Positions 8,003 through 15,818 of a DNA stretch of 64,000 nt are shown piece by piece. The DNA comes from Patescibacteria group bacterium (GTDB taxonomy: Bacteria > Patescibacteriota > Microgenomatia > Levybacterales > UBA12049). The translations under genes were made by a program, and so were the position numbers. The notes beneath the pieces were generated by a model, which saw only the letters and a list, made by a program, of their open reading frames with translations, was not told where the DNA came from and did not search any database. Within the stretch, counting starts at the first letter, position 1; every line of letters begins with the position of its first letter. The stretch spans positions 10,607-74,606 of the forward strand of contig JBBTXS010000001.1 in the NCBI GenBank assembly GCA_038062115.1, read 5' to 3'.

Positions 8003-10072
8003 ATGGATGAGACAACTGCCAATGTCCCTGCGCAAGCTCCTGTAGAGAATAAAGTTCCTGTTGTTCCTGGAAAAAAACATCCACCTTTGTTGTTTCTTAT
8101 TCTGCTTTTCGGTTTAATAGGTATATTTATTTATGGGTTGAGGTTTGTATTTTCTTTAGGTAGCGGGGATGTAGGCTCTGTTCCTTTTCTTCTTTTTGAC
8201 TATACGGTTGGACTTACAATGATTTTTCTTCCCTGCACTCTGCCGCTTGCCTTTGTTATCGTGCCACTTGTGATGGGTAAGTCGTACCAGAAAGGAATTG
8301 GCATGGCTTTGGCATTTGGATTGGGGGTAACTATTACTCTTAGTTTCTATGGGGTGCTTATTGGATTGTTGGGTCAGGCGCTTGGAATCCACCAAGTTGA
8401 GACTGCAAAAAATATTTTGTATGCGGTAGCAGGTCTATTTGCAATTCTTTTTGCTCTGGGAGAGCTTAAGCTTATTCGTTTTGCAGCTCCTGTTTATGGG
8501 GGTGCTGTTCCACAATTTATCATGAAACAAAAAGATATTGCAAAAGCGTTATTTCTTGGTCTTTTTTTGGGAAATGTAGGAGTAGGCTGTCCGAATCCTC
8601 TTTTTAACGCAGTAATTATTCCTCAGATCATTGCTACAGGCGATGCTTTCCAAGGGTGGCTCATTATGTTTGTGCAGGCGCTTGGACGTATCACTCCACT
8701 TTTTATCCTTGCGTTTCTTGCAATTTTGGGGATCAATGCGACTCGATTTCTTGTTCTTCACAAAGATGCGGTTAGTAGGATTACAGCTTGGTCTACAATT
8801 TATATTGGTGGATTTTTGCTTACCCTTGGACTTTTTGGACACGATTGGTGGGTCATCTCGGGAATGCATACTTTTGTAGAGTTTGTGACTCAAGAAAACT
8901 TTGTCACAAATCTTCTTGGGAGCAAGGTCCAAGAACTTGGACATACTCACGGGATTCCAACTGGAGCAGGATTATTCGGCATGCCTATTGCTTTGGGAAC
9001 CCCATTTATCCTTTTTATCTGGATCTTTCCAATGGTTTGGTACTATCTGTTCAAAAAAAAGAGCATCATTACACTTCCTCCCGAGCAGCAAGCGTTTGAG
9101 AAAAGATATACACGTCTTATTGGCTGGTTTTTTGTAGTCGTGTCGCTTTGGCTCATAACGGTTTTTGGATATTTTCTTCCCCATATGTTTGCAGATCATT
9201 GGTCCAAAATGGGGCATGAGGGGGAGGAAATAGATCATATGATGAAAGAGAAGACAGTAGAAAAGCAAGATTTTCATGCAACACTTTCAAGCACTCCATC
9301 GGCAATTCAAGCTGCTAAACCATTTACACTTAAGGTTGTTCTGCATGATAAACGCGGCAGACCAGTTAACGATTTACAGATATCTCATGAAAGAATTTTG
9401 CACGTAATTTTGGTAAGCGAAGACATGGAAGAGTTTAAGCATGTTCATCCAGAAGATGCAAAAAATTATGTAGCAAAAACTGGACAGACTGAATTTGAAA
9501 TTCCTATAACTCTTTCAAAAGCCGGGCGTTACAGAGTTCTGGTTGATGGATCTAGAAAAGGAGTAGGGGAGGTATCCGATCTTGGGTGGCTTGAGGTTGG
9601 AATTGTCGGAGATAGCGTGGGAGAACCAGTTCTTATAAAGAAAGATCGTCGTCTAAATCGAATATTTGGAGAATATGATGTTTCACTAGTGCCGACTCCT
9701 CACAATGCTCTTAGATCAGGAGAGAAAACACAATTAAGCTATTTTATTAGAGATAGAGAAACTGGCAACCCAATCTTTGATATAGAACAATATCTTGGCG
9801 CTGACATGCATCTTGCGATTATGTCTATTGATTTATCTACTATTCTTCATACTCATGGAGCAAGATGGGAGCCAAAGTTGGGGCCAAATCAAGGTGTCGC
9901 GTTTCCAGAGATCCGAGCAAACTACACTTTTCCCTATCCAGGGCTTTGGAAAATCTACGGACAATTCCAGCATAAAGGCAAAGTTGTGACGACTGAGTTT
10001 ATGGTGGAGGTTGCGCCGGGCATAATGGATGCTCAAAACATGGCTCCGCATATGGATGACAATGGGCATTAG
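8003..10072 (+). CDS. Fusion protein: CcdA/DsbD-like thiol-disulfide transporter core plus two tandem His-motif beta-sandwich-like domains
   Basis: The CcdA-like signatures are FLPCTLPL and GVGCPNPLF in TM helices. The C-terminal ~270 aa contain two repeats of the pattern HxxLxS.D...F.H.H (ILHVILVSEDMEEFKHVHPED and MHLAIMSIDLSTILHTHG). Confidence 0.6.
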   Translation: MDETTANVPAQAPVENKVPVVPGKKHPPLLFLILLFGLIGIFIYGLRFVFSLGSGDVGSVPFLLFDYTVGLTMIFLPCTLPLAFVIVPLVMGKSYQKGIGMALAFGLGVTITLSFYGVLIGLLGQALGIHQVETAKNILYAVAGLFAILFALGELKLIRFAAPVYGGAVPQFIMKQKDIAKALFLGLFLGNVGVGCPNPLFNAVIIPQIIATGDAFQGWLIMFVQALGRITPLFILAFLAILGINATRFLVLHKDAVSRITAWSTIYIGGFLLTLGLFGHDWWVISGMHTFVEFVTQENFVTNLLGSKVQELGHTHGIPTGAGLFGMPIALGTPFILFIWIFPMVWYYLFKKKSIITLPPEQQAFEKRYTRLIGWFFVVVSLWLITVFGYFLPHMFADHWSKMGHEGEEIDHMMKEKTVEKQDFHATLSSTPSAIQAAKPFTLKVVLHDKRGRPVNDLQISHERILHVILVSEDMEEFKHVHPEDAKNYVAKTGQTEFEIPITLSKAGRYRVLVDGSRKGVGEVSDLGWLEVGIVGDSVGEPVLIKKDRRLNRIFGEYDVSLVPTPHNALRSGEKTQLSYFIRDRETGNPIFDIEQYLGADMHLAIMSIDLSTILHTHGARWEPKLGPNQGVAFPEIRANYTFPYPGLWKIYGQFQHKGKVVTTEFMVEVAPGIMDAQNMAPHMDDNGH

Positions 10073-10090
10073 TAACGTACCTTACGCACT

Positions 10091-10188
10091 GTCATCCCGA
10101 GCGAAGCCAGGTACCGTCTGGCACCTGGCGAAGCGAGGGATCTCCCGCAACTAGGGTGAGAGAGATTTCTCGACAAGCTCGAAATGAC
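10091..10188. repeat. GTCAT...ATGAC palindromic MITE-like element
   Basis: The element is 98 nt, running GTCATCCCGAGCGAAGC ... CTCGAAATGAC, with an internal stem CCAGGT/ACCTGG. It is GC-rich and intergenic. Confidence 0.65.
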
Positions 10189-10219
10189 AAAGGTTGCGTA
10201 ACATGAGTTAGTAATTATG

Positions 10220-10305
10220 TTATTCTTCGAGCGAGGCTGAAAGCCGAGTCGAGAAGTTCTACCTTCAAGATAGTTCTCGACTCACTTCGTTCGCTCGAAC
10301 AATAA
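10220..10305. repeat. Second-type palindromic MITE-like element
   Basis: The ~17-nt near-perfect terminal inverted repeats are TTATTCTTCGAGCGAGG and (as reverse complement) TTATTGTTCGAGCGAAC. An internal 10-bp stem pairs GAGTCGAGAA (10246-10255) with TTCTCGACTC (10274-10283). Confidence 0.65.
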
Positions 10306-10312
10306 AACTTAT

Positions 10313-10579
10313 ATGGGTAAGAATATTACTATTCAGCTTGTATCCACTCCAGGTTGTACTCATTGCGAGGAGGTACGAAAAGTACTGCATGAAGTGAAAT
10401 CGCAGTATCCGCAAATGCAGATACAAGAACTCGATGCAACAAATCCGGACGGATTAGAACTTGTCGCCAAGCATGGTATTTTGGCAAGCCCTGGAGTTAT
10501 CATTAACGGAGAGCTTTTCGCAACAGGAGGGCTTAATAAAGACAGTTTTATTAAAAAATTAGCCTCTCTAAAAAATTAA
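10313..10579 (+). CDS. Small thioredoxin/glutaredoxin-like protein (CxxC)
   Basis: An 88-aa protein with a PGCTHCEE active-site-like motif near the N-terminus, in the size class of single-domain thioredoxin-fold proteins. Confidence 0.7.
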   Translation: MGKNITIQLVSTPGCTHCEEVRKVLHEVKSQYPQMQIQELDATNPDGLELVAKHGILASPGVIINGELFATGGLNKDSFIKKLASLKN

Positions 10580-10603
10580 CCGCTCATTTCTCCGCAGGTG
10601 TAG

Positions 10604-10645
10604 CTACAAATCCACCCCAAGGGTGGACCGTCCCAAGTGGGGACG
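10604..10645. repeat. 25-nt repeat (copy 2 of 2) plus an adjacent second hairpin
   Basis: 10604-10628 is identical to 2061-2085. Hairpin 1 is at 10611-10627. Hairpin 2 is CGTCCC-AAGTG-GGGACG at 10629-10645. Confidence 0.7.
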
Positions 10646-10677
10646 TTCGTACGACAGAGTTTGTATTTGTATATGGC

Positions 10678-11712
10678 TTGTTTGAGGAGTATAATAAACT
10701 TATGGCAATTCTGCTGGGGCTAACACTTCTTTCTTGTTTTATTACTGCTATTCTTATTATTCCCTTTATAGACTTTTTATACAAAATACGGCTTAGACGT
10801 CAAAAGCAAAAGACAGTTGATATGTTTAATAAGCCAACACCAGTGTTTGATAAGCACAATAACTGGAAAGTTGGTACACCTTTTGGTGGAGGAATACTTA
10901 TTGTAAGCGTTGTATCCATATTAACTCTTTGGGCTTATGGAATATTAAGCATAGATGTTAAAATATGGCAGGTATTTGTAATTTTGTTTACATTTGTGGG
11001 CTTTGGGCTTTTAGGTCTTTACGATGATGCAAAGAAGTTAGTCAATGGAAAAAAATCTTCGTTTTTTGGCTTAAGATTTAGGCACAAATTTATACTTCAG
11101 TGGATTTTGGCATTTATTGTAGCAATTATTTTATATACACAGCTTGGATACGATTTTGTGTTTATCCGTGGATTTGGCTTAGCCGACCTTGGGTTTTTAT
11201 TTGTTCCATTCGCAACGTTCGTAATTGTTGCTTTTGCTAACGCCTTTAATATTGCAGATGGACTAGATGGATTAGCATCAGGACTACTTTTAATTTGCCT
11301 GGTTGCATTTTTGGTGATTACCGCAAACCAATTAGATCAGCCCCTTGGCATTTTTATAGCTATTCTTATGGGAAGTATTTCTGCTTTCTTGTATTTCAAC
11401 ATTTACAAGGCAAGAATTTGGCTTGGTGACGTTGGAGCACTTTCTCTTGGGGCGGTTTTAGGGTTAATAGGGCTTTTGACTGGTAAAACTGTTGCCCTTG
11501 CATTTATTGGAGGTGTGTTTGTGTTGGAAGTTGCTTCGTCCTTAATTCAGATTTGCTCCAAGAAATTTTTAGGCAAAAAGGTATTTCCGGCTTCTCCTTT
11601 GCACTTGCTTTTGCTGCGTATTGGTTGGGATGAGCCAAAAATAGTAATGAGAGCGTGGATACTTGGTTTTTTATTTGCAGTTTTAGGACTTTACATAGCC
11701 TTCATCAGATAA
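10678..11712 (+). CDS. mraY: Phospho-N-acetylmuramoyl-pentapeptide transferase
   Basis: The NAFNIADGLDGLA motif, a polytopic profile and dcw context support the call. 10678 is a TTG codon. ATG 10702, with GAGGAG upstream, is the more likely start. Confidence 0.9.
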   Translation: MFEEYNKLMAILLGLTLLSCFITAILIIPFIDFLYKIRLRRQKQKTVDMFNKPTPVFDKHNNWKVGTPFGGGILIVSVVSILTLWAYGILSIDVKIWQVFVILFTFVGFGLLGLYDDAKKLVNGKKSSFFGLRFRHKFILQWILAFIVAIILYTQLGYDFVFIRGFGLADLGFLFVPFATFVIVAFANAFNIADGLDGLASGLLLICLVAFLVITANQLDQPLGIFIAILMGSISAFLYFNIYKARIWLGDVGALSLGAVLGLIGLLTGKTVALAFIGGVFVLEVASSLIQICSKKFLGKKVFPASPLHLLLLRIGWDEPKIVMRAWILGFLFAVLGLYIAFIR

Positions 11713-11737
11713 TAAACCCTTCATAACTCAAAACAGT

Positions 11738-12805
11738 ATGAAAAAAGTAGATTTTATTCTTTTAGCAACAGTTGTTTTTCTAACTCTTTTTGGGTTTTTC
11801 ATGATATACGATGCTTCTTCGTATGTTGCCTTTCGCGATTTTTCCGATAAATATCATTACGTTAAAGATCAATTTGTTTGGGTAGTGCTTGGTTTTACAG
11901 GACTGATTTTCTTTTCTTATTTTAATTACCATAGGCTTTATAACCTTTCTTTGCCTCTACTTTTTATAGCCATAGTTTTGTTAGTTTTAGTATTTGTTCC
12001 GGGAATTGGTGTCTATTTGTTAGGCGCACGTCGTTGGGTGGACTTTAAAATATTTTTATTGCAGCCCGCGGAGTTTGTAAAATTGGCTCTTGCTATCTAT
12101 CTTTCTGCTTGGTTTGCCAACAAAGAGAAAGGAAGGCTCATGGCATTTCTCATGCTTCTAGGCTTAGTCCTTTTTTTAATAGTTATTCAGCCTGATATGG
12201 GAACTGCTGTTGTTATACTTTGTGAAGCCATGTTAATATATTTTTTGTCGGGCGGTAATGTATTATATTTTGCAATTTTAATGCCGATAATATCAATACT
12301 TGGGATGTTTTTAATTAAACTATCGCCCTATAGAGCAAAAAGGCTTGAAGCATTTTTGAATGTCAATCAATCTATAGAGAGTAGCTCCTATCATGTTAAA
12401 CAGATACTAATTGCATTAGGATCCGGAGGAATTACAGGGGTCGGGCTTGGGAACAGTTTGCAAAAATACGCTTACCTTCCCGAAACGACAACTGATTCAA
12501 TATTTGCCATTATTGCGGAGGAACTTGGTTTTGTAGGCGCAACCTGCATTATAATTTTGTTTATTATAATAGTCTGGAGGGGTTTTAATATAGCAAGTCT
12601 TGCAAAAGATGACTTTGGCAAGCTTTTGGCAACAGGCATCACAACGTTTTTAGCAGTCCAAACAATTATTAATTTAGGAGCTCTTGTCTCTCTTTTCCCC
12701 CTAACTGGAATTCCTCTTCCTTTTATTTCGTACGGAGGATCAGCTCTTATTATTGACCTTTGTTCTATTGGGATACTTTTGAATATTTCTAAGAATAGTT
12801 CATAG
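11738..12805 (+). CDS. ftsW: SEDS-family cell-division peptidoglycan polymerase
   Basis: The protein shows SEDS hallmarks (QPAEFVKLAL, PDMGTA, LPETTTDSIFA, PLPFISYGGS) and lies between mraY and murG. Confidence 0.85.
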   Translation: MKKVDFILLATVVFLTLFGFFMIYDASSYVAFRDFSDKYHYVKDQFVWVVLGFTGLIFFSYFNYHRLYNLSLPLLFIAIVLLVLVFVPGIGVYLLGARRWVDFKIFLLQPAEFVKLALAIYLSAWFANKEKGRLMAFLMLLGLVLFLIVIQPDMGTAVVILCEAMLIYFLSGGNVLYFAILMPIISILGMFLIKLSPYRAKRLEAFLNVNQSIESSSYHVKQILIALGSGGITGVGLGNSLQKYAYLPETTTDSIFAIIAEELGFVGATCIIILFIIIVWRGFNIASLAKDDFGKLLATGITTFLAVQTIINLGALVSLFPLTGIPLPFISYGGSALIIDLCSIGILLNISKNSS

Positions 12806-12812
12806 AGTTTAT

Positions 12813-12892
12813 GTCATTGCGAGCGTGAGCGAAGCAATCCCCTTCTTTTTGAGATTGCTTCGTCTCAGGCTTCGCCTGATCCTCGCAATGAC
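12813..12892. repeat. GTCAT...ATGAC palindromic MITE-like element
   Basis: The element is 80 nt with 11-bp perfect terminal inverted repeats GTCATTGCGAG / CTCGCAATGAC. It lies in the ftsW-murG spacer and is read through by the GTG-initiated ORF-track extension. Confidence 0.75.
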
Positions 12893-12914
12893 AATAGAAC
12901 AGTTTAGAGTTTAT

Positions 12915-14069
12915 ATGAAAATAGTAATTGTTGGTGGTCATTTGGCTCCAGCGTTAGCGGCAATAGACAATTTACCTAAAGATACAAAACTTCTGTTTAT
13001 TGGAAGAAAATATACTTTTGAAGGAGACAAAGCTTTGTCTTTGGAGTATAGAGAGATTACTAAACGCAAGGTCCCGTTTACAAATGTCATAAGCGGAAGG
13101 CTTCAGAGAAGGCTCACTCGCCATACAATCCCTTCACTTATAAAAGTTCCATATGGATTCATTCAGTCTTTTTTTATCTTGCAAAAGTTTAAGCCAGATG
13201 TGTTTTTAGGTTTTGGTGGGTATTTATCTTTACCTCTTGGTTTAGCAGCTTTTATTTTAAGAATCCCGATTGTTATTCACGAGCAAACATTAGAAGCAGG
13301 TATTGCGAATAAGATTCTTTCGTTTTTTGCTAAAAAGATCTGTATTTCATGGGAATCATCAAGAAAATTTTTTCCAAAAAATAAAACTGTTCTTATTGGA
13401 AACCCGATACGAAAATTTTCTCTGTCATCCCGACCAAGCCCGAAGGGCGCGTGGAGGAATCTCGGAGATTCCTCGACTCCGTTTCACTTCGCTCGGAATG
13501 ACACCCCTATTATTTACATCACTGGTGGGAGTTCTGGCTCGCACTTTATAAATACACTGGTTGAGGGCTGTATCAAAGAGCTATTGGAAAAGTTCGTCAT
13601 TATTCACCAAACAGGAGATGCGCAAGAATACCGTGACTTTGACCGACTTAACAATCTTAGAGATAGTCTACCATCAAAATTAAAAGCAAGATACTTTCTG
13701 ATAAAATTTGTTGAACCGAAAGACGTTGGATCATGTTTACAAAAAGCGCATTTAGTAGTTTCACGCGCTGGTATAAATACTATAACAGAGCTTATTTTTT
13801 TAAAAAAGCCATCTTTGTTGATTCCTCTGCGTTATTCCCAAAATAACGAACAAATAAAGAATGCCCTTTTTTTAAAAAGCCTAGGGCTTGGGGAAGTTTT
13901 GGAACAAGGCCATTTAAGCTCGCAAAAGTTTTTGCAAAAAGTAATAGAGATGGTTAATAATATAAATAAGTATAAGATTAAAGATAAATCTAATGCTTTA
14001 ATCAATAAAAATGCTGCCCAAAAGATAATTGAAGTCATTCAATATGCTACAAAGAGCAAGAAAAACTAA
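12915..14069 (+). CDS. murG: UDP-GlcNAc:lipid I N-acetylglucosaminyltransferase
   Basis: MKIVIVGGHLAP, HEQT, GNPIR and TGGSSGS motifs of the GT28 MurG fold, plus dcw position, support the call. The start moves to ATG 12915 because the 12825 extension is repeat-encoded. Confidence 0.9.
   Translation: MKIVIVGGHLAPALAAIDNLPKDTKLLFIGRKYTFEGDKALSLEYREITKRKVPFTNVISGRLQRRLTRHTIPSLIKVPYGFIQSFFILQKFKPDVFLGFGGYLSLPLGLAAFILRIPIVIHEQTLEAGIANKILSFFAKKICISWESSRKFFPKNKTVLIGNPIRKFSLSSRPSPKGAWRNLGDSSTPFHFARNDTPIIYITGGSSGSHFINTLVEGCIKELLEKFVIIHQTGDAQEYRDFDRLNNLRDSLPSKLKARYFLIKFVEPKDVGSCLQKAHLVVSRAGINTITELIFLKKPSLLIPLRYSQNNEQIKNALFLKSLGLGEVLEQGHLSSQKFLQKVIEMVNNINKYKIKDKSNALINKNAAQKIIEVIQYATKSKKN
13424..13502. 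repeat. GTCAT...ATGAC palindromic MITE-like element embedded in frame in murG
   Basis: The element runs GTCATCCCGACC ... CTCGGAATGAC with an internal 10-bp palindrome GAGGAATCTC/GAGATTCCTC. It encodes roughly SSRPSPKGAWRNLGDSSTPFHFARND in the interdomain linker. Confidence 0.7.
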
Positions 14070-14451
14070 TTCTTTTTTAAAAACCGCATTTTATATTTTT
14101 CTCTCATCCGTTTTATTTTTGTTACTTTTAAATATACTCTTTCCTAAAGCCTCGTGGTTTAAAAAGCCAATGGTTATTGATCCAGTAGTAAGAAATGCGA
14201 AGACAGACACCTCAAAAATTGAAAAATTGCTTTCAGATTCTAATATTCCATTTTCTTCAATTAGCTTCGCTCGAAGTTATTTCGATATAGAGCTTAAGGA
14301 TAATGGGAGGGTATATATATCTTCTAAAAAAGATATTGTTATTCAAATCTCCTCTTTACAAGCGATACTAAAACAGCTTACAATAAATGGAAAGAGGTTT
14401 CAACTTATAGATTTTAGATTCGATAAACCAGTAATTGTTTTTGAAAAATAA
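14029..14451 (+). CDS. FtsQ/DivIB-like cell-division protein (short form, putative)
   Basis: It has an N-terminal TM anchor and a small extracytoplasmic domain. The call rests mainly on its position between murG and ftsA. ATG 14044 is an alternative start. Confidence 0.45.
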   Translation: MKSFNMLQRARKTNSFLKTAFYIFLSSVLFLLLLNILFPKASWFKKPMVIDPVVRNAKTDTSKIEKLLSDSNIPFSSISFARSYFDIELKDNGRVYISSKKDIVIQISSLQAILKQLTINGKRFQLIDFRFDKPVIVFEK

Positions 14452-14459
14452 GAGTTAAT

Positions 14460-15767
14460 ATGAGTGAAGGAAAAATTGTCGCGGGGATAGATGTAGGAAC
14501 TTCAAAAATTGTTTCTATTATTGCAAAAATAGATGAGGGCGCGTCTAACGCCAAAACAGTAAATGTTCTTGGCGTTTCCGAGGTCCCATCGGTTGGAATA
14601 AAAAAAGGTCAGATAGTCGATATAAAAGAGGCGGTCGAGTGTATAAATAACTCTCTTGATGGGGCAGAACGTATGGCTGGTTACTCGGTATCCCATGCTA
14701 TAGCATCAATTGGTGGAAGTCACATTGAATCACAGAACTCAAGAGGGGTAGTTGCGGTTGCAACGCGTCTTGGAGAAATCTCACAGAATGATTTAGACAG
14801 AGTAATTGATGCTGCTCGGGCAGTTTCTCTTCCATCAAGCCGCCAAATTATTCATGTTCTAGCTCGAAATTACACAGTAGATGGCCAAGAAGGCATAAAG
14901 GATCCAATTGGCATGACTGGCATTAGGCTTGAGGTAGATACCCATATTATATCTTGTGGTGTAACATCACTTTCTAATTTAGAAAAGGCTTTTTCTCAAG
15001 TTGGAATAGACATAGACGCTGTTGTTTTTAATGGATATGCAAGTAGTCTTGCAGTATTGTCTGATACAGAAAAGGAATTGGGTGTTGTTTTGGTTGATAT
15101 AGGCGCTGGGACTTGCGATATATCTATTTATATAGAGGGTGCTGTTGCTTATTCTTCGGTTTTGCCAGTTGGTGCAAGACACATAACCAATGATTTGGCT
15201 ATTGGACTTAGAATTTCCTTGGAGTCTTCGGAGAAAATAAAACTGTTTTTGTCCGGTTCAACAAAAAAGCAAAAGCTCGCAGAATTCGAAGAACATAAAG
15301 CGCGAGAAAACAGGAATATAGACGAAATAGACTTAAGTCCACTAAGCCTCCCAGAGGAGATTCGTAAAGTCTCCCAAAAGACTTTAATAGAGGGCATTAT
15401 AAGACCAAGGCTTAACGAGATTTTTACGATGATTGGCTTAGAAATAAAAAGAAGCGGATTTGGAGGCCAAACGCCATCAGGATTGGTGGTAACTGGGGGG
15501 GGAGCACAAACAATTGGCATTGTAAATGCTGCAAAACGAGTGCTTGCTATGCCAGTAAGGGTTGGATACCCAACTAACATAAAAGGAATTATTGATGAAA
15601 TTCAAGATACTCCTTTTGCAACGGTTGTTGGCTTGTGTGTGTATGGTGGAACAATTGAGACCCCATCGTCTTTGCCTTTTGGCATTTCTTTACCAAAGCT
15701 TCCAGGGCTTTTCTTAAATAAAATATTTTCAAAAATAATAGGTATCGCCAAATCCTTCCTGCCCTAG
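14460..15767 (+). CDS. ftsA: Cell-division protein FtsA (actin-like ATPase)
   Basis: GIDVGTSKI and VDIGAGTCD phosphate motifs, VVTGGGAQ, and its position upstream of ftsZ support the call. Confidence 0.9.
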   Translation: MSEGKIVAGIDVGTSKIVSIIAKIDEGASNAKTVNVLGVSEVPSVGIKKGQIVDIKEAVECINNSLDGAERMAGYSVSHAIASIGGSHIESQNSRGVVAVATRLGEISQNDLDRVIDAARAVSLPSSRQIIHVLARNYTVDGQEGIKDPIGMTGIRLEVDTHIISCGVTSLSNLEKAFSQVGIDIDAVVFNGYASSLAVLSDTEKELGVVLVDIGAGTCDISIYIEGAVAYSSVLPVGARHITNDLAIGLRISLESSEKIKLFLSGSTKKQKLAEFEEHKARENRNIDEIDLSPLSLPEEIRKVSQKTLIEGIIRPRLNEIFTMIGLEIKRSGFGGQTPSGLVVTGGGAQTIGIVNAAKRVLAMPVRVGYPTNIKGIIDEIQDTPFATVVGLCVYGGTIETPSSLPFGISLPKLPGLFLNKIFSKIIGIAKSFLP

Positions 15768-15818
15768 TTTGAGTGGGTTGCAAAACTAGATTTTGTGTGT
15801 TAGGATGAGCTCGCGGCT

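Noticed and set aside
12825-12914. N-terminal extension of murG in the ORF track (MSEAIPFFLRLLRLRLRLILAMTIEQFRVY)
   Set aside because: It starts at a GTG inside the palindromic element 12813-12892, and its low-complexity sequence is repeat-encoded. The conserved MurG N-terminus (MKIVIVGGH) begins at ATG 12915.
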